64,000 nucleotides of DNA from Paramecium tetraurelia (GCA_000165425.1 CT868044.1:153363-217362), one strand, 5' to 3'; counted from the first letter of the stretch, positions 24,751 to 39,392 are shown. A program made the numbers and translations. Notes: generated from the sequence alone by a model not told the origin.

Positions 24751-26163
24751 CTTATTATTTAAATGGAAAGTGGAATTTTGTACAAACAAATAATTAATAT
24801 TCAACAAATCCTAACAATTTGTAATTATATTATTCTGTAATGTAACAATAAACCATAATCTTAATTTATATAATTTCGATATTATCCATTTATATAAATT
24901 TATATTTTGTTGTTTTAATGAATAACTTAAAATCTCATATTAATCAAAATTATAGAAAAATACATTCTTTTTTTTCATTTTTGATAAAGAATATATACAT
25001 TTAGTGGGTATTTATAGAAATCGCTCAATTAGAATTTCATGTATATGTATAAAGTTAAAAGTAATTAAGCAATTGTTAATTTCTGATTTTTATGAATATG
25101 CATTCTTGAATTTTTTATAGAACTTTATGATTATATATATAAATAAGAATGAAAATGAAATAATCATCCTAATGCTTATCCAATAATATTCTATATAGAT
25201 TTATACTTTATTATTTGAAAAAATTAAATAATCAGTTATTTTCAAAAATTAATTATTTTATGTAATCTTCTTATGGTGACTTGGCAAATCGGAAAGCTCC
25301 TCTTCCTGTTCAATCAGAAGAGACATATTTTAAACTCCATTTATCTTATGTAAACGAGATATAAAGTTCTTTGAATAAAATAAACTCACCAATTATAAAT
25401 TATATAAATCATATAAAAGAATAATTTGAAAATAAAACTGATTTTTTCTAATTTGCTCTTTAAATTTGGAAACAACCACTTGAAATGTTGTACACATAAA
25501 TATATTTTTGGTGATTCAATAATTCTTTTTTAAATCCAATAAGTAATCACAATGATTTCTTATTACTTTAATTTTGGGTAAATTGGGTAAAATATTATAT
25601 AAAAACTATTATTACATCTTTTTAATGATAATGCGATACTTAGGCTTGTGAAATTAGTGAGTAGTTTTCTTATTCTCTATTTTTTAAAAATTTAGCCTAC
25701 TTAACTAATTTTTTACAGCCTTCTATTTTTTCACCTAGGTATATAATAAAAAAAAGTTACCATGAATTCAAATAAATTAGAGTAAATAAATTAACCCTGA
25801 TTAATAAAAAATTAAAAAAATTGTAATCACTATATTTGTCAAACTTTGATGATCATAAAATTATTTGAAATATCAAACTGAAATCGCATTTTGATATTTT
25901 TACTCTAATAATACTATTGGGTATTTGTTACAATTATTTTTCCTCTTTTCAAATGTTAATTTATAAATAATACAAATAACTGTTTCACCCTCTGGTTTGT
26001 TCCATCCATGAAATGATGGAGGGATAGTCGATACACCAACGTCAGGTAAATGGAAATTAATTTTGACTAATTCTATATACATTTTAAATCTGAGATCTCT
26101 TTAAATAAATGAAAACAACATAAAACCTAAATTATTGAAATCCTTTCTTTGATTATTATTAAT

Positions 26164-27280
26164 ATGTTAGACTTAACTCTTCCTCAGTGCAAAAAAAGAA
26201 TTTTATGGACCGAAGACGTAACAAATATTTGTATGGTAGGAAGATAAACTCTTAAAGTATTTTGTAAGTAAATTCTAAAATGAGAGGCTTGGCTGGAAAA
26301 TGATTTCACAGGCTCTTCGAAAATAAGGCTATGACAGAAATACGAAAGCCTGTAGAGAGAGATTTTTTAATTATCTTGACATCTCTTACAATAAAAGTGT
26401 GTTGTCACAATTTGAACTTGATAAGCTCTTTGATCTCATAAAAATACACGGAAATAAATGGGTATAAGTAATGATTAATTAAGACGTGCATCGCTAAAGA
26501 ACTCAATCATCGAACAGATCAAGATATCAAGAATTAATTTTATGCACATGTTAAAAAGGTGTTTAGGCGATTATTAAAAGCCTCATATAAAACAAATGAA
26601 AGTAAGTATATTTAGAGCTACTTAAGGTTCAATAATTACAGCTAAGTTACAACCCCTATTGATCTCAAGTATATTTTGCCATGATAATGAGATTGATCGG
26701 AAGCAAATCGATATTAAAGATGATATGAAAGAGCTTTTTAAAAGTTTGATCAGGGAAAATAAGTCAATACAACAAGGAGAAAATATAAATGAAGATACCA
26801 GAGAAAAAGTTAAATAAATTTCATTATATTTGGAGAAAGAAAAGTATACTTAATAAATACTAATTATAGTTAAATATATCTATAAAATAAAATTACAAGA
26901 AAAGAGAAGAAATTATAAGAAAAAACTAAACAAACAAACTAAAAAATCAAAAATGTTTATAGTGAGTTTCAATAATAAAAAATACTGGAGAAGATTTAAA
27001 ACAAAAAACCCATTTTCCTCTCTGCAATCAAAATGCTTGATCATCCATCCATAAAATTTGATGCAAATTTTTAGAATTCCTATATCTATGAAGAATAATC
27101 TAAGAACTTTGATAATTAATAATAACATTAGATTATATCCTACACTCCTTTTAATTACCAACAGTCCTATAAAAACGATTCATTTTATGTAAAATATACT
27201 TTAAATTTTAGTCCCCTGATTTAATTTAAGTGAATAACCACTTTGATTCCTACAATTATCCCACCATTTGGAATGCTTGA
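26164..27280 (+). CDS. Two-repeat Myb DNA-binding protein
   Basis: WTEDEDKLL...WKMIS...RNTKACRERFFNYL...HGNKWTCIAKELNHRTDQDIKNQFY across short introns; 3' end depends on one inferred intron. Confidence 0.87.
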
Positions 27281-28471
27281 GAATAATATATTTATATTTA
27301 TAATCGAAGATGCTTATAGGCATTCGAAGAACATTGGTTTTTATATATTTTGTTTTTTTTGAAACGCAGAATTAAATTCTTTTTAATTTTATAATCATCT
27401 TTTTGCTTAGAAACTTGAGCATAAAAGACTAAGTATTGTCTAATCAGCTAAAATAAGTCAAAAAAGAAGGTTTTAATGGGTCATGTAATTCTAAATTAAT
27501 ACAGGACTTTGAGCTCCAGAATTGATCGGTATAAATATTGTAATTAATTAAAAATTTAATTTATGGAAAACTCTAGATATCGATAAGGGTGGCTTAAACG
27601 AATCACAAATTTTTTGCCTTTAGTTTAGCGCCTGAAAGAAAGAATTAAATAGAAATTAAGATAAAAGTTACCATCTCAAATGAATATTAGTAAATAAAGG
27701 CTTTAATCAATAATCAATCTATATTAATACCAAAAGAAAAAACATAATATATTTGGGCTTTAAAAGTTTATAATAGAAAATATCACCAATATTATTTCTC
27801 TCTTTACAAAAAAAATTAAAACATAACAATTAAATTTTTTACCAAATGAATTCATTCCTTAACATATAAATTAATTGATGGAAATTTACAAAATAGTAAA
27901 TTAATTAATTATATTAAGTAAATAAATTATCAATTTATTAATACTAATAAAGCATAAATTTCAGATCAAAAAGATGAATAACTATCATTACTTCAATTAT
28001 CATATTCTTGATACCATTCTGTTTTCTTCTTTATTTTCTGACTATTTATTATTGAGTATTTGAATAATAACATTATTTAGAAGATCTTGATAAATATCAG
28101 AGTCTATTGCAATCTTTTATAATAATTGTATGGAATGATTAAGATTATAGTAAGACTCTATTATCAATTTCTATAATTTTCTTAACTACAAAGACTTGTT
28201 ATAATCATTTTAAATACTTATGATTGAATCCCTGATTATGATACACTCATCAATTGAGCAGATTTTTAACTTAAATCAAGAAAGATAGTATCTAATTTCA
28301 TAACCAGCATTTTCTCTTCTTTTTTCAATTGTCAAGTCTCTTTCTTAAATCTTTATTATAGTTGAGGTTTCTGAACTACAATCCCATTTAAATTTACTTT
28401 TCTTGGACTTAAGTAAAGAAGGAATTTAGAATTATATATGTAATAATTTGTAAAACACCTTAGAAATTTAA

Positions 28472-30100
28472 TCAATTATAAAAAAAATTGAAAGAACGTT
28501 TTTCTGTCATACCCATTGATGGACTTTTGACAGAATTGAAACTTTTTTCACTTGGAATGAAACTAGGATGAACAGTTAATTGGTGAGGATTCTTTTTCTA
28601 AGATAAACCTCTGCTAGACTCAAAACTATAAGATGATTGTCTTTCTTTAGATAGTGTAGGTTATCTTTCTTTGGAGTGAGTGGTAGTGTGTCGTTCATTT
28701 TTTGTGAGTATTCTCTCAACTTTAAAAAACTAAGGTTCTCTTTGTTTAGTTTGGGCATTAGTAGTAGTAAAATAATTGGGTTTGGGTATGACAGCCTAAA
28801 TAAGGAATATAAATACTTTAGTATTATTTTATTTGGAATTGTTTTTAAGATGAGAGAAATCAAAATAGAATTGTTGTTTAATTTAACTAGTAGGTGTGAT
28901 GTAAGACATATTTTTGGTGATTGTATTGAGATCTTCTATTAAATCATCAGGCAATTTATGTTTCTTTTTGAGTTCTTCTGTTTCCAAGTTTTATTGATAT
29001 TTTTTAAACCAAGGATAGTTGAGTAATTCAACAACAGTCGGTCTTTCATCTGGATCAATAGTCAACATCCCATATAATAATGCAATAGCTTCTTTGGATA
29101 TATCATGGATGATGATAAACTCTCCTGATTGGATTCTGGTATACAATTCTTAATCAGTGTCTCCTTTGAATGGAAACACTCCCTAGAGCATAGAGAATAG
29201 CACAACTCCTAATGCCCAGACATCTGATTTGTCTCCTCTGTATTCTTATCTTGTAACTATTTCTGGTGCCATGTAACTTGGAGTGCCACAAAACATTTTG
29301 ACTTTCTTATCAATAGGAAAAGATGTTGAAAATCCGAAATCTATCAATTTAGGAGTGAGTCCTTCTAACAGGATATTTTCTAATTTAATGTCTCTATGAG
29401 CAATGTTCTTGGAGTGACAATATTGAATCGCATCTAGAATTTATTTGAATATTCCTTTGGCAATGTCTTCTTCCAGCCTTCGTTCCTAGAGATTAGAATT
29501 AATTTATACCGGCTGCTTCCTAACCAAATGGTGTAATGAACTACCGCTAACGTATTCCAATATTATATTCACATGATTATTTGATTCCACCGTGTCAAGG
29601 ATCTTCACTATATTCGGGTGATCCAGCTTCTCTAAAATCTCAATTTCCCTTCTCACTCCTTTCCTTCTCTATAAATCTTTGATCTTGGTTTTTTCATATA
29701 TTTTAATGGCCACCTTGGTGTCAGTCTCTATTTGGATTGCAACTCTCACTGAAGCATATGCGCCTTAACCAATGCGACTGCCCACCTTATATTGTGCCTT
29801 GAATTGCTCAGTTTTATTGGTATCATCATCAGGTTGATTCATTAGGAACTTTACTCTATCACAAATGTTCTGTTGTTTGAAATCAAATTTGAAGTATTCA
29901 ACATTGTCTCGCTTCTCTACTTTACAAAATTTCGATTGTAGAATTTGACTAATTGCATCGAGATTCCTCAGTTGCTAATTCTTTAAGTTCATCAGTAATT
30001 CCTATTGCAAGGGTGCTCGGTACTTGAGAGCATATTGATTCCCTACACATTTCTCATTCTCCTTTTAATTTAAACTATTAGCGGCTGCTCTATGCTTCAT
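28472..30100 (-). CDS. AMPK/SNF1/MARK-related (CAMKL) Ser/Thr kinase
   Basis: GQGAYA, VAIKIY, HRDIKLEN, DFG, FCGTPSYMAPE and DVWALG are all intact. Confidence 0.92.
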
Positions 30101-30212
30101 TGCAATTTAAAATAATTAACAGTCTCATTATAATTAAATATTGTATATAACTATTCTTTCATTTTGCAGTCCAACAACGCTTCTGACACTTCTAACTACA
30201 ATCAAATTTCAT

Positions 30213-31537
30213 ATGCTATAGATACACACTCCTATTTCCCCTTCGATCATGCTATTCATCCCTCGATAAGAAACTTCAATTACTACAGGATCAGCTTAGT
30301 TAAATAAAGAATTACAAATATATATCTCAATGTTGACACCTAAATAACAAAAATTTGTAAAATAATAAATCAAGTTTAACATATCTATACTATAATGAAA
30401 TAATTAAATATTATTAAATAAAAACTAGAACCATTAAATTTACCTATTCATCATTAGTAGCAACATCAATATTCACTTTAAATAAGAAAACCAGCCTTTA
30501 GTTTATATGAGCAAACTACTTCTAGACAGAGTCACTAAAGAAAAAAGTAGAAGCAAGTAAATGTTACTTAAAATTCACCTCCAAAATATTAAGAAGAGCA
30601 GACTTTGATTGATAAATACGGATTAGATGATAGATTTCAATACACTCTTAGAATGTCTGTTAGAACCAAACAAGGGATGATGATAGGAAATCCCACCAAA
30701 TAAAATCAAGACTCATATATCCTACAGTCCAACATCTCCAACAAAACATATATGCATTATTTCTTAGTCTTTGATGGACATGGAGCCAATGGACATCATG
30801 TGTCCAATTTCCTTAAGCAATAATTTCAACTCTACATTACCCAATTTTCATCATTATTAGAAAATAAGTATATAGATAATTCTTATTAGTCCTTATATTG
30901 CCATATCAACTATCTTCACTCATGTGTCTCAAGCCTTGAATCAATCAGGAATCGACTTGAAGTACTCTGGATCTACAGTCATAGGACTCTTTATGCTGCA
31001 CAACAAAGTATATGGTCTAAATAAACCCAGATTTATTGTTCGAATTTGGGGGATTCCAGAGCAATCATGTTGACTCGCACCAATAGATGGCTGCTCAAAT
31101 ATTTATCCAGAGATCACAAGCCCTAATGTGCAGATGAGGCCTAAAGAATAATAAATTATGGGGGCAGGATCGATTCTTATAGAGATCCAAAAGGCTTACC
31201 ATACGGCCCCCTAAGAGTTTGGAACAACGCGAATGTTCCTGGATTGGCCATGACTCGATCAATGGGGGATTAGGTGGCCAAGAAAGTTGGAGTGATTGAC
31301 AAGCCAGAGATTTTCAATTTTACTATGGAAATTATGGATAGAGCCTTGTTGATTGGATCAGATGGACTTTTCGAGTTTCTGACTTAGTAAGATATATTGG
31401 ACGCTGTAACTCCACACTTAAATAATATTGAGAAGGCCTGCAATCACCTTTTGGAGATGGCTCATGTAAGTTGGTTGTAGAGAGGGTCCAAAATGATAGA
31501 TGATATAACTTTTATTTTAATTTTTTTATAATATTGA
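30213..31537 (+). CDS. Protein phosphatase 2C
   Basis: NQDSY, VFDGHG, SGST, NLGDSRA, SRDHKP, GLAMTRSMGD, GSDGLFE, DDIT; start codon uncertain. Confidence 0.9.
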
Positions 31538-31767
31538 TAAAAAATGTTACTAATTTTGTCTTATTTCAGTTTGACAAGCATGTCGCCCCTCCCTCTAGGC
31601 TGCTTATCGGCTTTTCTCTCTCCTCCTCCCACTATTTGCTCCATTTCACCGTTTGGTCTTATCCATAATGGTATTCTGGAATTTTTATAGTATATTTAAT
31701 TAATTTTGAAACTTCCAGGAATTGAGTATAATTCGGATGATATTTAAACTCATTAATAATTAAACTT

Positions 31768-32058
31768 ATGAACAATTTGGGTATATAAAATAATCGATTT
31801 CATCAAAAGGCAATTGAGTATAGAATGAAGACTGAATGCAACGAGTTCTACATGGCGAATAAGTCCAAATGAAAAGACACAAAAATGAATAATACGAAAA
31901 TTGGTTGAAATAAAGAGAGAAAGAATCCAATGCATCTATAGAAACATGTCTGGACATCATTACTCCTCATCTCCCTTTAGCATAGATTCCAAATTCTTTT
32001 AAAGTTAAGTTGATGAATGATATTTTAAATAATCAAAAGAACTCATTGAATTAATGAT
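31768..32058 (+). pseudogene. Frameshifted paralog of the NRFHQKA small protein
   Basis: The N-terminus MNNLGIQNNRFHQKAIEYRMK and the C-terminus LAQIPNSFKVKLMNDILNNQKNSLNQ* lie in different frames; I found no short intron that repairs it. Confidence 0.5.
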
Positions 32059-32251
32059 TTATAATATACCTCATAGATAAAATCATTTAATTAATTAAAT
32101 ATTTTAATATTAATTATTAAGCCCCTATAATTAAATCAATCCTCATGATATATGCACATCATTTTGATAATATTAAATAAATCATGCTATATCTTATATC
32201 ATTATAAGTACCATTATAATTGTTTATATAACTTCGAATTAATTAATTTAA

Positions 32252-32931
32252 ATGAATTAAACTTAAGGATTCACTTTTAAAAAACGATAAAGTCATCCTG
32301 AATAAGAAATCACAAACACTAGTCTCAAAATCTAAGAAAATTAGACAACCAAAAAACTCTAAAGAAAATAATCACGATCCTAAGAAGATTTGGCAGTATT
32401 TTTAGGTATTGTTCATCCTTTATGTATTCTAGCTGATGAATATAGTCTGGATGATGGCCTCAGTTAAATTGAATGCAATTTTAATACAATGACTAGTCTG
32501 AATTATCAATAAATGCCTTCTCTGTTATCAATCTACACATCTGAAAGCAATTTAAGTATAGAAGAAGAATTTGAAATTTGGGATGACAAGTAGGATTTAA
32601 GAGTCTTGAAAATAATTTTGGAAGATCAGTTATCATCAACTCAATAATTTTTATTGTTGTACAAGGCTAGATTTGGGTATTTTTGATAATTATGAGAAGA
32701 GGATTTCCTGGACAGTAATAATGCATAAAAAATGAGGAAGTGATACAGACTGCTGTTAAATTCGCATCTAGTAGCAAACAGCAATTTAAGAAATATTTTC
32801 CATCTAAGAAGATAGTTTTTGAAGATGATATCGATTATTCAGTGCCTTATAAAATAGAAGATGATCATCATTTTCAATCTTTCAATCACTTTTTTAAGTT
32901 TTAAAAGACCAAAACATAGATTGACTTTTGA
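32252..32931 (+). CDS. Hypothetical protein
   Basis: Coding-like frame in the ciliate code with one short GT..AG intron (~32406-32432); no family recognised. Confidence 0.55.
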
Positions 32932-32951
32932 TTTTAATATACTTATGTATT

Positions 32952-33782
32952 TCATACTTTATCAATTAAACTTTAAATCTATTCTGGAGTTCTCTATGTA
33001 AATCTTTTTTCTGCAGTGGTAATAACAGCCAATTCTACATTTTTATTATTAATCTAAGATGAATAGTAATACATATACTTTTTCTTCCATGACATTCTTC
33101 AAACACAAAATTGCTAATCTTTCAGCTTATTCTAAAGTTAAGTCCTTGCATAGTTTTGTAATATTACCTATTTGTATTGTTCCTTCAAAATACTTTGGAT
33201 GCCTTCATCAGCAGCACCTATTCCTTTGGCTTGATATTCAATCATAGTTCCAGTGGGATCTTTTGAGTCGATAAAGTACATTACCTGTCTAATAAATTTA
33301 AGGTCCTTAATCGGAAACTCCCGCAATCAATAAAGCTACTCCATATGGTCTGGACATTTTTGTTTTGTTTTTGGAATCACTTTCTCCAAAATCAAGGGCA
33401 AGATCACAAACTATCTAGGTGAGTGCTCTCACGTTGATGGGTTCACCATAATTGAATTTGTGATTTTGGGATTCCACTCTTGCATGTTCAACCAATGTTC
33501 TTGCATCTGGAATGAATCCAGAGGCAGTGCATGCCAGATGAGTATCAATCTCATAGACTTTTTCTATGCTCTTAGGTTCTAGGAGTGTTGAGTTTAATTT
33601 TCTCTCTCCTGCCAAAACTACTCCCTCATTCACTTTAATAGCCAATGCACTTGCACCCAATTTAATTGCTTGTAAGGCATACTCCACCTAAAACAGACGA
33701 CCTTCTGGAGAGAATGTGTTGACACCTCTGTCATAATCAGTTCTATTAGATATTCCAACATATAGTACTTATTTTAAAACAT
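32952..33782 (-). CDS. PSMA5: 20S proteasome subunit alpha type 5
   Basis: [34 protein letters not shown]...[16 protein letters not shown]...[13 protein letters not shown]. Confidence 0.95.
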
Positions 33783-33819
33783 TAATCCCAATCTGAATTA
33801 TTTATTTTAATAATAATAA

Positions 33820-35402
33820 TCATTATTTTGGCAACACATATGTATGTCCTGTCATAAAAATTTAGTTTCCACTACTAGGATCAATCTACACCTATTCCAA
33901 TTATTAATACAAAGGTCTTGGATCATTCTGCAAATCTACAATTATAATTAAATAGATTACTTCTTCTAAGATCTACATCCGGAGTCTAGAGTCCACTGAT
34001 AGATCTACCAGGAAGACGAGTCTCTGAATCTCCAAATTGATATGATTAATCGAATTGTTATTCTTATCTCTATTGAGCTTCAGGTTCTTCCTCTTCTTCC
34101 TATTCTACTTCAGCTTCATCCTCCACTTCTTCTATCTTGCCCCACAACGATTTATCCACAGGAGCATCAGCCTACAATCCTGTTTTTTAGGATAATTCAT
34201 TTAGATCCTCCTCATCATAATATTTGAATGTGGCATAAAGTCCTGGCTAGTCTGCCTTTTTGCATGAGTCCTCAATCACTTATTTAACTGAAGTATGATA
34301 TGAAGAAGGCTCAGCAAAGATACTAGCCATTCCTATAAACCTCATATGAGGGTAACTTGGGGGTGGTCCATATCTTTACATATTTGGTAACCAAGGAGGT
34401 GCTTAGAAATCAGTACAGCCTAATGCACTTCTTAATTCAGCACTCATCTTTCCAGGACAAAAGTTCTTGGCTCTCATTTCCTCTTCTTTACCTTCAAAAT
34501 AGATTTCACCATGTTTTGTCATTGAAGGTTTTGTTTAGTACTTGAAGAAAGCATCATGTAATATTTAATAATCGATATCTAATTTGCCTTGTTTTGGATT
34601 CATTCTTTCTCTCAATTTCTATCTAACCATCTTACCTCCATCTCTATCTACAAATGGATCTCTTAACTTAGCAATTCCTGTCTTCTCTATGTAATCTGGT
34701 AATTGAAATGGCTCTTTCAATATTCCTCTTTTGTTTTACAAATATTTTCTCTTTTATGACCAATGTCTAGGAACAGTCACTGAATTACGTACACTCTTCA
34801 ATTAAATTAGAAACATGGGATCTGGAGATGTGATATCCCAAAACTCAACTAGATCTGGTCTCCTTACTTTCTACTTCAATTCAGCTACTTTCAACCATCT
34901 TAATTATTTTCTTTATTTCTTTGATAATTTAGCTTCTTTCTTTTTACCCTATTATAAATAATTTTGAATTGTCTGATTTGGTTCATTAATTTATTATTGA
35001 ATTTATTATTGTTATTATTATTACTGTTATTCTGCTGCCTACTATTCTTCCTATTCCTTTTCCTTCTCTTTTTCATTCTCATAAACCTTCTCATAAGTCT
35101 TCATCATCAATCTTTCGGAATGTTGATTGAAATTATCAAAAACCTGTTTAAAATTGTCATAATGTTTTCCCGTAATTAGAGCGTCGATCTACACTATTCA
35201 ATCTGATATATACTTCTATCTCTTGAAAGGTCTCCTCATCATAAACAACCTGCTCCTCTTCGGCTTTGACTACCTCCTCTATAATTTCTTACTTTTCGTT
35301 AGTGCATTTCTTTTTGCTCTTGTTGTTCTTTCTTCTCTCTGCTCTCTTGAATTTCTCATACTCCTCCTTTGACAACTTGCTCTTGGGTACCTCTGCCTTC
35401 AT
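33820..35402 (-). CDS. SF3B2: Splicing factor 3B subunit 2 (SAP145/Cus1)
   Basis: RPDLVEFWDITSPDP, VPRHWSQKRKYLQNKRGILKEPFQLPDYIEKTGI, DIDYQILHDAFF, PPWLPNMQRYGPPPSYP. Confidence 0.93.
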
Positions 35403-35468
35403 TAATAAATTAATTAATATATTAAATCAATGATAAGATTATAACAAAATAATAAATAATAATTCCTA

Positions 35469-36639
35469 TCAACAATTATACACATATAACTTATTAGTCG
35501 ATCCTCCAAACAGTATTTTATTATCTATCCATGTACAAGCCATTGCTTTTCCTTCTCCATTCAATTAATACAATGGTACCTCTCCTCTTAGATCCCACAA
35601 GTAAGTATTTCCATCCATAGAACTCTAAAATTGATTTTATACAAAGTATTACCACTATGATTTATCCAATAGCATTAGCAGCAATGCTAGTCAACTAAGA
35701 CAATGAGCTCTTATATATTTTAATCAATTATTCACTCAAACTATCCCACAATTTAATATATCCATCTTCATGAACTGATACGATTTATTAATTATTTTCT
35801 AAGTAGCATAATCCTATGATAGCTGAATCCTTAGCAAACAATTATTTGTTTATTGATTCTGTTCTCTTATTAAATAGGCAAATGGAGTGATCATATGACC
35901 CAGTCAGAATAGTGCTATTTCTAATCCATTAACAACAAGTTATCTGTTATTAATGCACTTTAAAGTTCTAAACCATTTCAATCACCTACTTTTACACTGC
36001 ACTAAGATCAAAGAAAATGAGTTCTCCATTGGCTGTACCAACACAAAATTCATTAGTGTTCTTCTTATTGATACAACTGCATTCTCCATATGATGGTAAA
36101 GAACCTTATGCAATCAACTCCAAATTGTCTGTAAGTCTTTATACTCTGACAGTGCAATCCCAATGGGTTGAAATTATGATGTTTTCAAAAATAGTAAAAC
36201 TCTTTGCCATTTTAGTTTTGTATGTTTTCAGAATTTTACCCTTTTCAGTACAAACCACAATATCTCCATTAGATAAACATGTTATGATGTGATTATTTAA
36301 TCTACCTATTGCTATGATCCAGTCATTCATATTTATAGTTTGCTTAAGTTTAGGTTCTGGGACAGCAAATAGATATTCTATTTACAATGTTTTTTCAGTT
36401 GCAATTTCATTCGATGTAATGAATTCATGTAGAGTTGATCTCAAACTGATTCCATTAATAAAGAAATCGAATAATTAATTGTATTCTTAATCAGGGTTCT
36501 CAGCTGACAGTAATTATTAAATAAGAGAACTGAGATCACTTTAATTCATATCTCCTTGAACAGCTATTTCATTGTTGCTAATCTGATAATCTTATGGCAA
36601 GCTTGTGACAAATTTTACTATATATTCACTATTGTTCAT
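35469..36639 (-). CDS. NLE-domain WD40 protein, WDR12/Ytm1-like ribosome biogenesis factor
   Basis: N-terminal FDFFINGISLRSTLHEFI...EKTLQIEY (NLE/UBL domain) then WD repeats (STHWDCTVR, TGSYDHSI, SMDGNTYLWDLR). Confidence 0.8.
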
Positions 36640-37505
36640 TAATAAAAAATTTAATACATTTTTTTATATAAATTTCCTATGTATTTTTCTATTGAGATTA
36701 AATGGACTAAATCTATTTATCACTTTTGGCTAAATAATTTGTACAAATTCACAAACGGAATTGTAATCGCACCAGATTATGAAATTTAATGATATCTCTA
36801 TTTTAAACTCATATTATGGATAAACAAAAGAATTATTATATGAATTATTATACCCATATCTACCATATTCTCTATTCAAAACCAATTCATATTTTTTATT
36901 CTTTTAGTTTTTAATCATAACTAAGAAAGAGTAATATTAAACTTTTATTTTATAATTCTATTCTGCATTCATTAATTTCAATAGATGAAGTGAGGCTCAT
37001 AGAATTATTTCAAAATATTAAATATTTCAATTCAAATCAATTTTTTATCAAAATTATACCGAAAACTAGATTTGCCCTAAGATCATATTAAATCTTTTAA
37101 TTTTGAAATTTCAATAGAATTGAAATTCAAAATACATTTCATTCCTTAAACCAAAATCAATAGTTATGAAGATGATAATTTTTGGATTAAGATTTGATGA
37201 CTATCACATAAATTTCTTAGAATAAGATAAATATTAAGCAAGTAACTGATATTCATGAGATAATTAAAATATAATTAAAGATTAAGAAGATATAAATTAA
37301 ACAGTAAAAGTTAAAATAGTTTAAATATATTTAAATTTAATTAATAACACATTAAAATGTTTATTGATTTATTTCTGGTAATAAATACAATTTTTTGAAG
37401 GCAAACTTAAAATTTGGAATTCTAAAACTTGTTTACATGATGATTGAATGTGCTTCTAGTTGTAATTATGTGATTTATATGATTATTTACTTTTTTATTA
37501 ATTAA

Positions 37506-38000
37506 ATGATAAACTGTCAATAAAATCAACGATAAAATTTTTCCTATGTTGTATGTAGATATAATAGAGAACAGAGATCAACATCAGTGAAAGTTGAAAG
37601 ATTGAAATAAATAAATATACTCAACGAAATAAAGCAAGATTATTAAAAAGGACTGCAATTGGGTAGAATGCGTGAAAATGCATTGAGAATTATAAACATG
37701 AAATTAGAAAAGAATAGATTAAGAAAGAAGTCACTTGAAACCAAGACAGAAGTCGAGGAGGAACACTTTCCGTAAATTAATTAGGTTTTGAAACCACCTT
37801 TGCCCTATAGATCGATTCTTGTCAATAAGGAAAACACAATTCAAATGCCAAGTATATTATAGAAGTAGATGGGAGTTACAAAGTAAATCTAGATAAAAGC
37901 GAGGAGATTGTCTTAAAGAATAAGAATGAAAAATAGTGAGCCTACCATAGAATTTAGTCCTTGGGAGAACTAAGAAAATTAGGAATTTGATTTTATTTGA
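37506..38000 (+). CDS. Hypothetical basic protein
   Basis: Open frame after one inferred intron, ending ...IEFSPWENQENQEFDFI*. Confidence 0.55.
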
Positions 38001-38027
38001 TTTTCTTATAATTTTAATTAGAATTAA

Positions 38028-39392
38028 ATGTAATAATAATTTTCTAAAAGTGCATTATCGGATTTCAATTTAGTTAAAAAATTGGGAGAAGGATACTATT
38101 CATCTGTTTACTAAGTATGATTGAGATTTGATTATCCCTAGGTTTAAAGAAAATGTGATGGGTAATACTATGCTATAAGGAGAGTGAAAATACATTAACA
38201 TAGTCTTAAAGAGAGAGAAGATGCTTTGAATAATATTAGAACATTAGCTTCTCTTGGTTAATATAGTAGAATTTAAGGATGCTTTTATAGATCAAGATAA
38301 TAGAATTCTTAATGTGATCATGGAGTTTGTATCAGGCGGAGACTTATTACAGATATTGAAGTAAGGTAAATAAGAGGGAGGGATTTAAGAGAGTGAAATT
38401 TGGACAATATTAATATAGATCATTTTAGGAGTGAAAATACTACATGATAATGGCATCTTGCATCGAGATCTTAATTTAGAAAATGTGTTTGTAGTCAAGA
38501 CTCCTAAAGGAAACATTTATAAAATAGGAGATTTCAATATTGGGAAAGTAACTCGTTAGGGAAATGCAGAGATTGGACCTCCATGTATTGATATCAATTT
38601 TATAATAGATGATGTTGCTCCTGAAATGTGGAAAGGTGAACAAAACTCACGTCCTTGTGACATTTGGTTAATTGGTTGTATAATCTATGAACTGACAGCA
38701 TTTCAACATCCCTTTAGAGCCAGAGATATAGAGTCCTTATACAAAAAGGTATAAATTGGTAAATATGATCCGATTCCATCCAAATATAGTGAGGATCTAT
38801 AACAAATTTTAAGAATGCTCTTACAAGTAAATCCAAAGAATAGACCAAATTGTGATTAAATCCTCAAAGATCCAAAGGTGGTTAAGAATAGCGGATCATT
38901 GTTAGTAGAAATTGAGTAGAAGTTAGGAAAATTAAATGATAATTAACCAAACCCCAAACGTGAAAATAAGAGCAAAAAATTACACTCTAAATAAGGACTT
39001 AATATTGAGACTAAAAATCCTGTAACTTCTTAACCTCGAATTAATTTAGAATAACAATAATAATAGGAATAACAATTAAGAAAAAAATCGGTCATTCCCT
39101 CCTCGTAAGAAGCTCTTTTGAAAAGGAAGCCTCCTTTGGCTAAACCTCAAATTGCCTCAGCTTAAAAAATTAAAAATCATCCTTAGACTCCTTAATATTA
39201 GGGATAAAAAGTATAATATAAGGATCAAAATTTAAAGTATTTAATTGTATTTAATTAAGAAATTAAGAACAAAAAAATTGTAATAATCTTAAATTACAAC
39301 AATGCTTAGGACAGCAACATCAATAACAAATGGAACAACAAATATAATAAAAGAGACAGCATGGCGCAGGAATATAATAAATATCAAAATGA
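38028..39392 (+). CDS. NIMA-related (NEK) kinase-domain protein, probable pseudokinase
   Basis: NEK-like context (KEREDALN, DIWLIGCIIYEL, PFRARDIESLYKKV), but VAIK reads YAIR, the alphaC Glu reads Asn and HRDLK reads HRDLN. Confidence 0.85.

Noticed and set aside
25260..25514. 84-aa ORF with faint resemblance to an Fe/Mn superoxide dismutase N-terminus
   Set aside because: The metal-ligand His pattern and the DVWEHAYY motif are not present; the similarity is too weak to call.
25985..26095. Hairpin TCCATC/GATGGA with C/D-box-like or SECIS-like words
   Set aside because: The C box is imperfect, there is no rRNA-like guide and the stem is too short for a SECIS; it may be a coding remnant.
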